From Octopus bimaculoides (taxonomy: Eukaryota), in assembly GCF_001194135.2 (NCBI RefSeq), contig NC_068982.1:127045045-127078945 (forward strand): a stretch of 33,901 nt of DNA, given 5' to 3'. The notes beneath the pieces are model-generated. The model did not search any database, was not told the DNA's origin, and worked only from the letters and a program-made list of their open reading frames with translations. Position numbers and translations under genes: made by a program. This document shows positions 1 through 11,510 of this stretch, piece by piece (position 1 is the stretch's first letter; each line of letters opens with the position of its first letter).

Positions 1-22
1 GCACGTTATAAAAATAAAACTA

Positions 23-26
<4 letters not shown>

Positions 27-94
<68 letters not shown>

Positions 95-288
95 GGCACA
101 GGGCTAGTAAATTCGGGGAGGGGAGAGTCGATTACATCGACGCCAGTACTCAACTTATTTTATCGACTTCGAAAGGATGAAAGGCAAAGATAATCTCGTC
201 GGAATTTGAACTTAGAACGTAAAGACGGACGAAATGCCGCTAAGCATTTTGCATGACGTGCTAACGATTCTGCCAGCCCGCCGCCTTA
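27..288 (-). mobile_element. tRNA-derived SINE, family A, near full length with (TAA)n tail
   Basis: Minus strand reads AAGGCGGCGGGCTGGCAGAATCG (A-box-like) ... GTTCAAATTCC (B-box-like), then the body and a long TAA tail at 27-87. Alignable to other copies in the window (21094, 31657). Confidence 0.85.
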
Positions 289-290
289 AC

Positions 291-375
291 AACAATAATA
301 ATAATAATCTTTTCTATTCTAGGCACAGGCCCGAAATTTTAGAGTGGGGGACCAGTCGATTAGATCGACTCTAGT
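291..375 (-). mobile_element. Family A SINE, 3' end only
   Basis: aataataatcttttctattctaggcacaggcccgaaatttt...gtcgattagatcgac matches the 3' end and tail of family A. Confidence 0.65.
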
Positions 376-379
376 ACAC

Positions 380-529
380 GCACACATACACGATTCATTC
401 ACTCACACACACACACATACACCATTCACTTACTCACCCTTTCTCCCTCTCTCGCTCTCTCTTACTCCTACACACAATCACACACACACGCACACTCCCA
501 CGTACACACTTATGTGTGAGTGCGCGTGC

Positions 530-570
<41 letters not shown>
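380..570. repeat. Imperfect (CA)n/(CT)n microsatellite
   Basis: Dinucleotide runs are directly visible; they explain the HTHTH ORFs. Confidence 0.9.
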
Positions 571-572
<2 letters not shown>

Positions 573-907
573 AAATGGAAAGCGATCTTGGTCAGAATTT
601 CTGACCATGCATTTTCACTGATTTAACACATAAGAGGCTGAGTATTCCATAGACATGTTTACTCTTAACGTAATTTCTGGTATAATCAGTATGACAGAGT
701 GTGTGATAGAACTGGACATTTGAATAACTGGTATAATCCGTCCAACAGGCTTCCACACAGTTTCTGTCTATCCAATGTTTGTAGAGCGAAAAGTCTCTCC
801 CACCTTCTCTCTCTTCTTCTCTCTCACATTCACGCACACAAACACGCACAAAACAACACATACACACACGTACACACTCACACACACATGGGTCGACCAA
901 AAATATT

Positions 908-1196
908 GGTATTCCGTCGGTTACGACGATGAGTGTTCCAATCAACGGAACAGCCTGCTCATGAAATTAACGTACAAGTGTTTGAGTACTCCACAGACAT
1001 ACGTACCCTTAACGTAGTTCTTAGGGAGATTCAGCGTGACACAATGTGACAAAGCTGGCTCTTTGAATTACATATACTACTAATTTTTGTTTGTGAGCTG
1101 AGTGGACTTGAGCAACGTGACCAGCCGCCGGGGATCGAACTCACGACCTTACGATCGTGAGACGAATTCCCTAACCACTAAGCCACGTACCTTCAT
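908..1196 (-). mobile_element. tRNA-derived SINE, family C
   Basis: The head on the minus strand has GTGGCTTAGTGGTTAGG (A box) and GTTCGATCCC (B box). The body aligns with copies at 26064-26393 and 29560-29872. It abuts the N gap at 1197. Confidence 0.85.
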
Positions 1197-2150
1197 NNNN
1201 NNNNNNNNNNNNNNNNNNNNNNNNNNNNNNNNNNNNNNNNNNNNNNNNNNNNNNNNNNNNNNNNNNNNNNNNNNNNNNNNNNNNNNNNNNNNNNNNNNNN
1301 NNNNNNNNNNNNNNNNNNNNNNNNNNNNNNNNNNNNNNNNNNNNNNNNNNNNNNNNNNNNNNNNNNNNNNNNNNNNNNNNNNNNNNNNNNNNNNNNNNNN
1401 NNNNNNNNNNNNNNNNNNNNNNNNNNNNNNNNNNNNNNNNNNNNNNNNNNNNNNNNNNNNNNNNNNNNNNNNNNNNNNNNNNNNNNNNNNNNNNNNNNNN
1501 NNNNNNNNNNNNNNNNNNNNNNNNNNNNNNNNNNNNNNNNNNNNNNNACGCACGCACACACACACACACACACACAAACCGCATATAATACTTCAAAGAA
1601 AGAGGAGGTTCACGGTCCGATATAACATAACCTATACGCACTAATTTGGCTCAACTCATATAAGCAATCGTTCATACTGGACATATGTGTGTTGTGTTCT
1701 CCGATGAAGTAGTAGCACCAGCGCCAACAGCAGCAGGAGCAGCATGAAATTGGGGGTGATTTGATGACACATCTCAGCTGTGTCGAAAATTATCTTACGA
1801 TAAACAAAGAGAGAGCATCGAAGCATCTTTGCGAGGTTCTCTCACCGAACTGCGCCGCCCCTTACTCCTGTTGTTCTAACGTTAGCGAAATGCCGCGTGC
1901 GCGCGTGTTTCTGTGTGCGTGCGAGCGAGCGTGCGGGAATGTACGTGTGCGTACGTGCATGTGTAGACTCTGCCCATCAGTTTATACAGAAGACAAGACA
2001 GTCACGTACGCACATTCATTTGTATCATAAATCAACAAACACGTTCAATAAGCAAGCTGGGACAATTTAAACACTCATACATTTTTAATGTCTCTAATGA
2101 CTAAAAACACCCATCGTTTTCTCCATTTATTTCATTAATACTCTCTCCTA

Positions 2151-2200
<50 letters not shown>

Positions 2201-2890
2201 CTATCTGTTTATCTCTCTCTCTATCTCTTTGTCTTTTTTCTTGCTTTATATTTTCGCTTTCCACATTAGACCTGTCTTAAGAATTAGAAAACGTAAAGGA
2301 AATTGTAACCGACTAAAATAGACAATGCATTTATTAATAAAAAGAATGAAACAAATCTGTAATTTTTAACGTTCTATTTCTGTTTCAAGTTTTCGCNNNN
2401 NNNNNNNNNNNNNNNNNNNNNNNNNNNNNNNNNNNNNNNNNNNNNNNNNNNNNNNNNNNNNNNNNNNNNNNNNNNNNNNNNNNNNNNNNNNNNNNNNNNN
2501 NNNNNNNNNNNNNNNNNNNNNNNNNNNNNNNNNNNNNNNNNNNNNNNNNNNNNNNNNNNNNNNNNNNNNNNNNNNNNNNNNNNNNNNNNNNNNNNNNNNN
2601 NNNNNNNNNNNNNNNNNNNNNNNNNNNNNNNNNNNNNNNNNNNNNNNNNNNNNNNNNNNNNNNNNNNNNNNNNNNNNNNNNNNNNNNNNNNNNNNNNNNN
2701 NNNNNNNNNNNNNNNNNNNNNNNNNNNNNNNNNNNNNNNNNNNNNNNNNNNNNNNNNNNNNNNNNNNNNNNNNNNNNNNNNNNNNNNNNNNNNNNNNNNN
2801 NNNNNNNNNNNNNNNNNNNNNNNNNNNNNNNNNNNNNNNNNNNNNNNNNNNNNNNNNNNNNNNNNNNNNNNNNNNNNNNNNNNNNNNNNN

Positions 2891-2923
<33 letters not shown>

Positions 2924-3133
2924 TGATAGTTGTGAAATGTTTTGCTTTGTTTTTTTCTCTGTAAAAGGAAATATGTAACTTCAAAGGTGTGATAGAGGAA
3001 ACCTTAATTTAAAAATTGAAAGTAATTTTTAATTTTGAAAAACTTTTTTTTATATATATATCTCAATGTATCAACTTCTTTAATTCTAATGAAGCTACAT
3101 CATGTCCAAATAAATACTAGCGACACTGCAATC

Positions 3134-3164
<31 letters not shown>

Positions 3165-3168
<4 letters not shown>

Positions 3169-3197
3169 TAATTTCTACTGGAAGCACAAGGCCTCAC

Positions 3198-3251
<54 letters not shown>

Positions 3252-3342
3252 CCTTTCTACTATAGGCACAAGGCCTGAATTTGAGGGGAGGGGACTAGTC
3301 GATTACATCGACCACAGTGCTCAACTGGTACTTAATTTATCG
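3165..3342 (-). mobile_element. Two stacked family A SINE 3' ends with (CAA)/(TAA)n tails
   Basis: tttctactggaagcacaaggcct (about 3170-3195) and tcctttctactataggcacaaggcctgaattt...ggtacttaatttatcg (3250-3342) are each preceded by a TAA run. Confidence 0.75.
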
Positions 3343-3504
3343 TTCTCACGGATACTGAGTTCGCTATCCGAACCTGGCTCCTTGAGTAACACATTATTTC
3401 CATTCAATGAAATAAAATTTAAAAAAAAAACACATCGCCGTTTCCCATGTTTTAACTAAAGTGTCAAAGACGTTTCGGTTCGTAACATATTTCTTACATA
3501 AACT

Positions 3505-4280
3505 TAGATAAATTTAGATATGTTTCGGCCAAAAATTGACCCAGGCCGTGTCTAACTTAGTAGTATCACTTCATAGAATCTGCTAAATCATTTTAAAGCC
3601 AAGTTGTGCGGCATCATGGCCCATTCAAGCTGCAAGTTGTTATTTACTGAGATGTATCCAAGTAACTCGAAGAAATTTGTTGAGATATTGTTTGAAGAAG
3701 ACGGGATCTTTTTCTTGTTTGATTTGTTTTGCAATAATGTAAAACAGTGCATGCCGTGTTGAGGAAAAGTAAATTGTGTTGCAGTGTATTCTTGTGTTGT
3801 GAGCCTGGATTGTATAGGGGCGTGTGGGGATCCTTCTGATTTGGCAGACACCATTTTTTATTTAGTTTTTATTTAGTGTGTTTTCTACTGAAACACTTTA
3901 AAACTTCGTATACTTGTATATTTTGTCTTATAGAACAGAGAAAAAATTTTATATTCGAAGTTATTTCATGTTAAAAGTTGTCGTATTTCGGTAATTTCAA
4001 CCAATCACTGACGTCTATTGAGGTGAAAACAATTACTGCTGTGGTTTGTAAACAACGGTGGCTGGTTGAAATTACCGAAATACGACAACTTTAACACGAA
4101 ATAACTTTAAAAATATAAACTTTTCTCAACAACACCAAAAGTAAAAGATGTATTATATGACACATTCTACCAGTGTCCCAAGTTTGAAAGTGTTTCGTTA
4201 GAAAACAAATGGTGTCCGCCAAATCAGAAAGATTCGCGTGTGGTATTTATAATACTCCAAGTCGATATATTTACATACTT
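3505..4280 (-). mobile_element. Decayed 3' end of a CR1/L2/Jockey-group LINE (ORF2 C-terminus and 3' UTR), interrupted by a MITE at 3828-4235
   Basis: Frameshifted minus-strand translation gives RLGVL*IPHAP ... ALFYIIAKQIKQEKDPVFFKQYLNKFL ... GYISVNNNLQLEWA. This resembles the conserved post-RT C-terminal motifs of these LINEs (RLG..IP; LFN.LP..I....F K..LDKFL; GY...N.NSL..W). The reading continues across the MITE once one TSD copy is removed. Confidence 0.6.
3828..4235. mobile_element. Non-autonomous foldback DNA transposon (MITE), 408 bp, 8-bp TSD
   Basis: Termini are GGATCCTTCTGATTTGGCAGACACCATTT and, as reverse complement, GAATCTTTCTGATTTGGCGGACACCATTT. Inner arms 3958-4003 and 4063-4107 are also complementary. 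GCGTGTGG lies at both 3820-3827 and 4236-4243. Confidence 0.85.
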
Positions 4281-5814
4281 AATAACGAAGATATGTTTCA
4301 CTCTTGGCGCACAAACTTTATATTCCTGCTTTGCTATTATTGTTCCACTTAACCTAGTAAGACGTGAATGACACAGAGTTACATCCCTCTTATTAAAAAA
4401 TCCATTATTTATTTATTAGACGAAAGAAACTACAGTGAAAGTACAGGGAAGAGGAACTGGAATCACGAGTTCAGATAATACAGTTACAAGAAAGAGCTAT
4501 GTTGTAAATGGTAGGAGTGGAATCTCAAAGTAGTAAATTCGATTTCCAAACTTGTAAACAAAGCAGAGAAGGTTCCAAATGTAGGGTAACTAATATAGTT
4601 CATCGATATCCGTATACTTAAAGGTGAAAAGTCAAGAGTCCACCTATAGTTGACTAAATTTATCCTTTCATGAGAGATCAATATTTTCGAAAGAATGAAT
4701 AATGATAATTAAGGTTTTTTCTTTTTATTATTATTTTTTTTTTTCAACATTTCTTCTTTATACCAGACGAAACCATATGAGTTAACATCACGATTTTTAG
4801 AAACCTTTTTATGACACACAAATGAAATGAAATTTTAAAATTTATAAAGAGATCTAAATTGAATAAAATGTTTCATTTATTTATTCTTGCTTACTTTTCT
4901 TTTTTTCAATTTAGTGCATCAGGTTATTAGTAATTAGATTCTACTGTTTAATTAAATGTCTTCTAAACTGTTTCGCTCCGTAAAATACTTAATTTAGTGC
5001 AATCTATTTGCCTGGGGTTATGTTATGCTGTTTATTTCAAATAAGGATGAAATGGCGCTATACACATGGACACCAATTATTAAAAAATATCTAAGAGCTT
5101 TGTTATTAGTAGGAACAAATATTAAATATGTACATTCTGTGCATCTTCTCTTCAATTTAAAATTCCAACTTCCAGAAGTCATTCTTTCCCTTACAATAAC
5201 TACTGTCAGGACACCAGGTGTTTTATTGTTTAATTCCCCTTTAAAACCAATCAGAATATATATCTACACCTTTTATTTTTAAATAGAAAGTGATGATGTA
5301 TCACTTTCAAAATTAGAAACAGAAATCTCAATATTAAGCAGCTTAATAGTCCGAAGATTTAAATGTTTTGAATATAATGTACACGGGGCCTATAAATTAT
5401 CTCTGACATTAAGTTAGAGTTAAACCTGTTGCCAAAGTGACTTTCTTTTTTTTCTTTCTCTCTCACCATTAATTAATACAGTTGATTATGGTTTAGCATA
5501 AACTAGTGGCCACCAGTAAATCTTACACTGAAATCGTAGGAAGACATTTGACGTTTGTTTAGAAAGGGATTTGACGACAAAGAAATAGAAATAGTAAGAT
5601 TTGTCGTTCGAATGTCAAAACTGAAGGAAGGTGAGTTTATGGTAGTATTCTAGGAAACAATAGAATAACAGGTGGCATGTGAGATATTCTTAAAGAACCG
5701 TTTATCCTGATAAAACGGTTCCAAAACACCTGCCATATATTTCGCATTTAACGCCTATTTACGTCATCATTTCGACTTCGTATTAAAATTTTCACATTTT
5801 TTTTTATCACTTAC

Positions 5815-5994
5815 TGTTGCTAATGTAACTGCCATTGTCCTTGTTGTTTATTGAACTGCAAGCATAACATCTGAATACAGCATGTATTGTCTCCAACAAA
5901 CGCATAACTTTATCTTCAGCTGCATAATGATTAAACACAGGATTAAGACACGAAAACATTACTCTAGGGATTAATTCAACACTGTTTCTCAGTT
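5815..5994 (-). CDS. Putative internal coding exon (180 bp, phase 1-1) of an unidentified protein
   Basis: Acceptor ttttgcag|AACTG and donor GCAACA|gtaagt. Only one frame is open: (x)LRNSVELIPRVMFSCLNPVFNHYAAEDKVMRLLETIHAVFRCYACSSINNKDNGSYISN. It lies in non-repetitive sequence. I recognise no protein family. Confidence 0.55.
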
Positions 5995-6094
5995 CTGCAA
6001 AAGTAATATTTAAATATTTAACCACATACTTGGAATCTAAGAATAAATAAATAAGTACATCTATAAATATCGTTTCAAACAGTATTATAAATAT

Positions 6095-6143
<49 letters not shown>

Positions 6144-6716
6144 TATNNNNNNNNNNNNNNNNNNNNNNNNNNNNNNNNNNNNNNNNNNNNNNNNNNNNNN
6201 NNNNNNNNNNNNNNNNNNNNNNNNNNNNNNNNNNNNNNNNNNNNNNNNNNNNNNNNNNNNNNNNNNNNNNNNNNNNNNNNNNNNNNNNNNNNNNNNNNNN
6301 NNNNNNNNNNNNNNNNNNNNNNNNNNNNNNNNNNNNNNNNNNNNNNNNNNNNNNNNNNNNNNNNNNNNNNNNNNNNNNNNNNNNNNNNNNNNNNNNNNNN
6401 NNNNNNNNNNNNNNNNNNNNNNNNNNNNNNNNNNNNNNNNNNNNNNNNNNNNNNNNNNNNNNNNNNNNNNNNNNNNNNNNNNNNNNNNNNNNNNNNNNNN
6501 NNNNNNNNNNNNNNNNNNNNNNNNNNNNNNNNNNNNNNNNNNNNNNNNNNNNNNNNNNNNNNNNNNNNNNNNNNNNNNNNNNNNNNNNNNNNNNNNNNNN
6601 NNNNNNNNNNNNNNNNNNNNNNNNNNNNNNNNNNNNNNNNNNNNNNNNNNNNNNNNNNNNNNNNNNNNNNNNNNNNNNNNNNNNNNNNNNNNNTATATAT
6701 ATATATATATGTATAT

Positions 6717-7177
6717 AATTGAAGACAGATTTACTTCTACCTTTATGCTCATATATATTTAAATGATAAACCTCTGGAAAGTTTTACAGATTTTTATAGT
6801 TCCAGTGATGGATTGGATCTGATGTCATCGAATTAGCTTTCTCTTTCCTGGTTTCGAGAAGCCTAATTTATCAAGATTGGTATTTAAACAGTGTCATACA
6901 TATCCCGGGGCCCCAATAATTACAGGTATAAACCTGAACTTGTAATCTGGATAGAGTAACTGCATAGTTCTCAATAGTTCAACATAAGTGTTCTCTTTTT
7001 CACTGATCTTCAGCTTTATGTTAACGTCCGCTGGGCAGTTAATTTCCACAACTGTGCACAGTTTCTTTTCTCTATCCCAAATCATTATATCAGGTCTGTT
7101 GTGCTTACATTTGATTCAGGTCTTCACTGGTACAATCCACCAGTATTCCTTTTTATAATGAGTGGCTATGGCTTCCT
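6717..7177 (-). mobile_element. 5'-truncated R4/Dong-like non-LTR retrotransposon: restriction-like endonuclease domain and 3' UTR
   Basis: Translation: KEYWWIVPVKT*IKCKHNRPDIMIWDREKKLCTVVEINCPADVNIKLKISEKENTY...IPVIIGAPGYV*...KICKTF...* (final stop at 6759). It carries the RPD...E...P...K..Y PD-(D/E)xK signature and a PVIIGA(L)G-like motif. Three internal stops show it is decayed. Confidence 0.85.
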
Positions 7178-7229
7178 ATGTATGTATGTATGTATGTATG
7201 TATGTATGTATGTATGTATGCATTTACAT

Positions 7230-7527
7230 AGTGGACTCTTCCGTCGAAGACGACATATGAGCATTCAGCTTTTGCCGAACGACCTGCAAAAATAATTTGT
7301 TTATAATGATCAAGTGTATATGCTGTACATTAGCTCACTCCCTCCATCAAATCGACGTTGCCTGAACAGGTGCACTGTGTACCCCGCGTCAGGTGTTGAA
7401 GTGGTCGCATAGCAACGTGAGATGAAGTGTTTTGCTCAAAATCACAACGCATCACCCGGTCTAGGAATTAAAGCCACGATCTCATGAACATGAGTGCAAC
7501 ACTCTAACCATTAGGCCATGCGCCCTC
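7230..7527 (-). mobile_element. Diverged tRNA-headed SINE related to family C
   Basis: caacgtgagatgaagtgttttgctcaa...ctctaaccattaggccatgcgcc parallels the family C head region. Confidence 0.6.
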
Positions 7528-7620
7528 AGTGCCCCACCACTGCCGTAGTCTAGTTACTGAAACAAGTAAAAAAAATATGAAAGATAAAAATAAAATAAAC
7601 ATATACTATATGTATGTATC

Positions 7621-7658
<38 letters not shown>

Positions 7659-7699
7659 GTGTGTGTGTGTGTGTGTGTGTTGTCTTAGTTAATGGAGAG

Positions 7700-7891
7700 T
7701 GGTCATGGTGAGGTACTGCCTTGAAGGGTTTAGTCAAACAAATCGACCCCAGTACACGTTTTGTTAACTAAAAAATATCTCGAATTATTTTAAGACTCTT
7801 TTGCCGAACAGTTAGGTACGGGGAAATAAACAAACCAACACCAGTTGTCAAGCGGTGCATGAGACAGATAGACAGACAGGTAGACAGGCAG

Positions 7892-7970
<79 letters not shown>

Positions 7971-8142
7971 TATGTATATGACGGTCTTCTACGCAGTTAC
8001 CTCTACCGAATTCACTAACAAGACTTTAGTCGACCCGAGGCTGTTGCATACTATACTTACCTATGGCACTGCGCAGTGGGACTGAACCCGAAAATATGAG
8101 GCTGCAAAGCGAGCATCTTAACCACACAGCTATGCCTATGCC
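7700..8142 (-). mobile_element. Diverged family B SINE with an expanded internal (CA)n
   Basis: aaatcgacccc...ttttgccgaac...gttgtcaagcgg, then (CA)n at about 7893-7967, then gcagtgggactgaacccg...accacacagc. Collinear with the copy at 11511. Confidence 0.75.
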
Positions 8143-8454
8143 GATAGCCATGAATAGACAGATTAGGACCTGTGTATGTGTACGTATGTGTGTATGTATG
8201 TGATATTGTTATGTCAGCTCGTATAAAATATCACTTAAGGATAGGTTTTTTGTTTTTAGTTTTCCTTCATTTTAACGCTGCTATTGTTGACCAACGACTT
8301 ACTTCTTCTGTTAGTAACACTTTCAGCTGGCTTAAAACGAACACTTTTAGCAAGAGGTCGAAGCGATTGTAAAATATACAAACAGGGTCATTTTGTAATG
8401 TATAGCCTTTAAGCATTATTGATAACATAGTCACAGTGTATGTGTTTTGCTTAC

Positions 8455-8816
8455 ACGCCCATTAGCTTCTGGATAACGTCCTGGAAAACGTCCCTTCACG
8501 ACATCGGGTGTTAAAGAACACTGAATGTCTGAGAACAAGTGAGAGAACTCGTTCCAAAGGCGAACGTGAACGGCGGATATTGATATTTCGCTATCATTTC
8601 AGCTCTTCAGCGCTATATACTTGATCCACCACAAAACGAAGAGTATTGCCAGTCGGAAACATATATACAAATAGTGTATAGTCTGCTGATGTACTGGGGC
8701 GTAGCATATGTGAACCAAAATTAAATTATGAAGTGAAGCAGCTCCAATAATACAAATATCGATGACAAATACATAGTGTACGTTTCCCAGGACGCTATCC
8801 CGCAGTTAATGGGCGT
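8455..8816. mobile_element. MITE with ~37-bp imperfect terminal inverted repeats (TIRs)
   Basis: acgcccattagcttctggataacgtcctggaaaacgt (8455-8491) matches the reverse complement of 8780-8816 at 32 of 37 positions. No unambiguous TSD. Confidence 0.65.
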
Positions 8817-9520
8817 AAAAATGAAATACATACAGTATGTGTCAGCGATTATGTTTACATTATTAGAGCTGCTTTTAATTCAACATTTAATTTTGCATAG
8901 TTTTTAAGATTTAGTAAAAAAAAAATCACTTTATCCATGGCGCCTGTCAAACTGACGTATTCGGGACGTATTCGGACACTGCTATGATCGCTCTTTGTCA
9001 TTGTAGTTAAATACAATACCGTTCATCACATCTTTTTATGGCTGATGAACACGAAAACGTTGGTGTTGTTTCAGTTTTTTCTTCTGCTTGTATTTTTTAC
9101 TCTTTTATTTCATTATTGCTATTGATGAGTAGGCGTTATTTAAAACCGAGATAGTTTCCGTATATAAGAATCCCGTTTTTCTTTTTTTCGTGAAGGTCAG
9201 AAAAAATAAGGTGTGAATAAAGTGGGAGGTCTTTTAAAGCAGGGACAAACGGGAGATGGGTGAATAATGTTTGAAAATTAGCGGTGCCGANNNNNNNNNN
9301 NNNNNNNNNNNNNNNNNNNNNNNNNNNNNNNNNNNNNNNNNNNNNNNNNNNNNNNNNNNNNNNNNNNNNNNNNNNNNNNNNNNNNNNNNNNNNNNNNNNN
9401 NNNNNNNNNNNNNNNNNNNNNNNNNNNNNNNNNNNNNNNNNNNNNNNNNNNNNNNNNNNNNNNNNNNNNNNNNNNNNNNNNNNNNNNNNNNNNNNNNNNN
9501 NNNNNNNNNNNNNNNNNNNN

Positions 9521-9581
<61 letters not shown>

Positions 9582-9944
9582 CCTACTTGCATACACATTT
9601 CTCACTATATTTTACCCCGTCATACATATATAAGATCAAGTATGTCGCTTAAGTATAGTAAAGGACACGCGAACAAAACTATCACAAGGCAGCGATACAC
9701 TTGAACGCTTAAGACTATCGTGGATTTAAAGTTTCCAAATATCAATGCTTAACCACCTCCTCGTCGATGTCTTTGTCAGATGAATTTAAGATGGGAAAAG
9801 TTGTAATACGAGCAGCCACATGTATTGCGCGTAATAAAGATCAGGATTTGAATTCAATATAAAGATTGACTGAAGTACTTGGGTAATCGGTTTGGTGGAG
9901 GAAATTATCTCAATACTGCATGCTAACAAACTATTAATTACTTT

Positions 9945-10180
9945 TAAACCTCTTCTCAGTGGCGTAATTTGAAGCTATCCCCATGACCTTCACATCTGAG
10001 ATAAGGAAAAGTGGGAGAGGGGGAAGATATTCCATTGTGTTAATGATCTGGAAGAAAATTTATGCGAGCGAGACTTGTGGAGTAAGACACGATAGAAGTA
10101 AAGCGGGGCGAGACAAGCTTGATTGTGCAAGCTTAATTGGACTGATGGGAGATACGCAACAGCTGAAAACTTTATCAATA
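9945..10180 (-). mobile_element. Second decayed LINE 3'-terminal fragment
   Basis: Minus frame SLHNQACLAPLYFYRV...HKSRSHKFSSRSLTQWNIFPLSHF resembles the LINE ORF2 C-terminal motifs (CL.LFYRY; SR...F..SF..R....WN.LP...FP). Confidence 0.5.
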
Positions 10181-10189
10181 TGACATACT

Positions 10190-11300
10190 TAATGTATGTG
10201 TCGTTGAAAAGCCGGAAATTGTGGGTCTCGAATGGAAAAGTTTCTTTATACATGTGTTGTACAAAAAAGCACAATCTACTTAAGAGCTAGGTGAAACAAA
10301 ATCGCTCCATAAGCAACTGTGAGGGTTACTGATTTGTATATCGCCTTTTTTGTGGTTTGCCTATTTATTGCGGTACTCGTCTCGCAGCAGAAACGAAATC
10401 AAATCAGCTTGTCTGAAATACATACAGATTGTGTATAATCTATGAAAGTAGATCTTGTAATAGCGATAGAATAAATATGGAGAGAGGGAGAGAGAGAGAG
10501 GGTAGCGTGTATGTTGGTGAAGGAGATTTTGTCAATCAGCTTGATGCTGTCTTTAATGTTTATGGATGTAGCAACAGCATCCCTTAAATGTAGATGCAGT
10601 ACTGCATAGGGGAGGTCATACAGTTAAATTTTGTGGAAAGTCAGCAACTGGTTATGAAGGGGAAAGCTACTCTCTGGGATGGCTTTTTGGCTGTTTTGTA
10701 TGTGAATCACCAGGAAAGTTCCCAAGGGATCGTATGATATAGCGAGATATTTGTCACGACATTGATGATTTTAGTTGCATGTTGCCCCAGACCAGACGAG
10801 GTGAAATTCTTTGTGGTATTGAAAAGGTGCATGTTGCCATGACACTATTGGGGGAAGCGTGACGTCATCTGTCTAGGAGTGAACATTGTTATAGGTGTTA
10901 GTGAGCAGATTGTTAATATAGCAGTGTAGTAGTGTCTGGAGACATAGCAGAATCTCGAGGCACACCAAAGTTGGTTGAGTGTGAGCTAGAGAAAACTTGT
11001 TACTTATTGCTGTAGTGATAGAAAACTTTCAAAAAATAAATAGAAGAAAAACAAGAGAAAAGAGGGGAGATGAAGGACAGATAAAGATTATAGGCGGGCA
11101 GCTAAGGGATCAGATTTTCATACCAGAGGCAGTGAAAGGTTTCGCTAATATCAAATGCAACTACATTACTTTCGTCAGTTTTCAAAAGTGAGGGACACCT
11201 GGAGAGCAGGTATCCAATAGATTGGCTCTCCGGTTACTGAACTAATGATCTCTGATAGGTGTTCCGTTCGGTAAACATCTTCAATTGCGTTTAAAGTTCT
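10190..11300 (-). mobile_element. Heavily decayed APE-type (CR1/L2/Jockey group) LINE reverse transcriptase region
   Basis: Frameshifted minus translation: ESNVVAFDISETFHCLWYENLI (cf. A.DISKAFD.VWH..LI), FGVPRDSAMSP (cf. GVPQGSVLSP), YINNLLTNTYNNVHS*TDDVTL (cf. YINDL...IHSYADD.TL), DAVATSINIKDSIKLID, LFYRYY. The RT motifs are in the expected order. Confidence 0.8.
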
Positions 11301-11510
11301 CTAAATTGTCGACAGAATTTATACACCTTGGACAATTTCTTTTTATAGGAGCATTTTTTTAGTTATAGTGATTTTTTTCTCAAATTCTTGTTCCGTCGAA
11401 AAGTTTTGCTTTCAACACAAAGTAGCATATCATATATAACCGCATCTTCCAAATTACGAGTTTTCTTGTGCTGATGTGCCATGATGAGAATAAAAATCAA
11501 GGTTATCGTA

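Noticed and set aside
589-607. Short perfect palindromes and tandem duplications (589-607; 25096-25111; gacgtattcgg x2 at 8954-8975)
   Set aside because: Too short to exceed chance or ordinary slippage in 34 kb, with no associated structure.
9041-9065. CTGATGA...GAAAACGTT motif
   Set aside because: No stem II or stem I pairing, so not a hammerhead.
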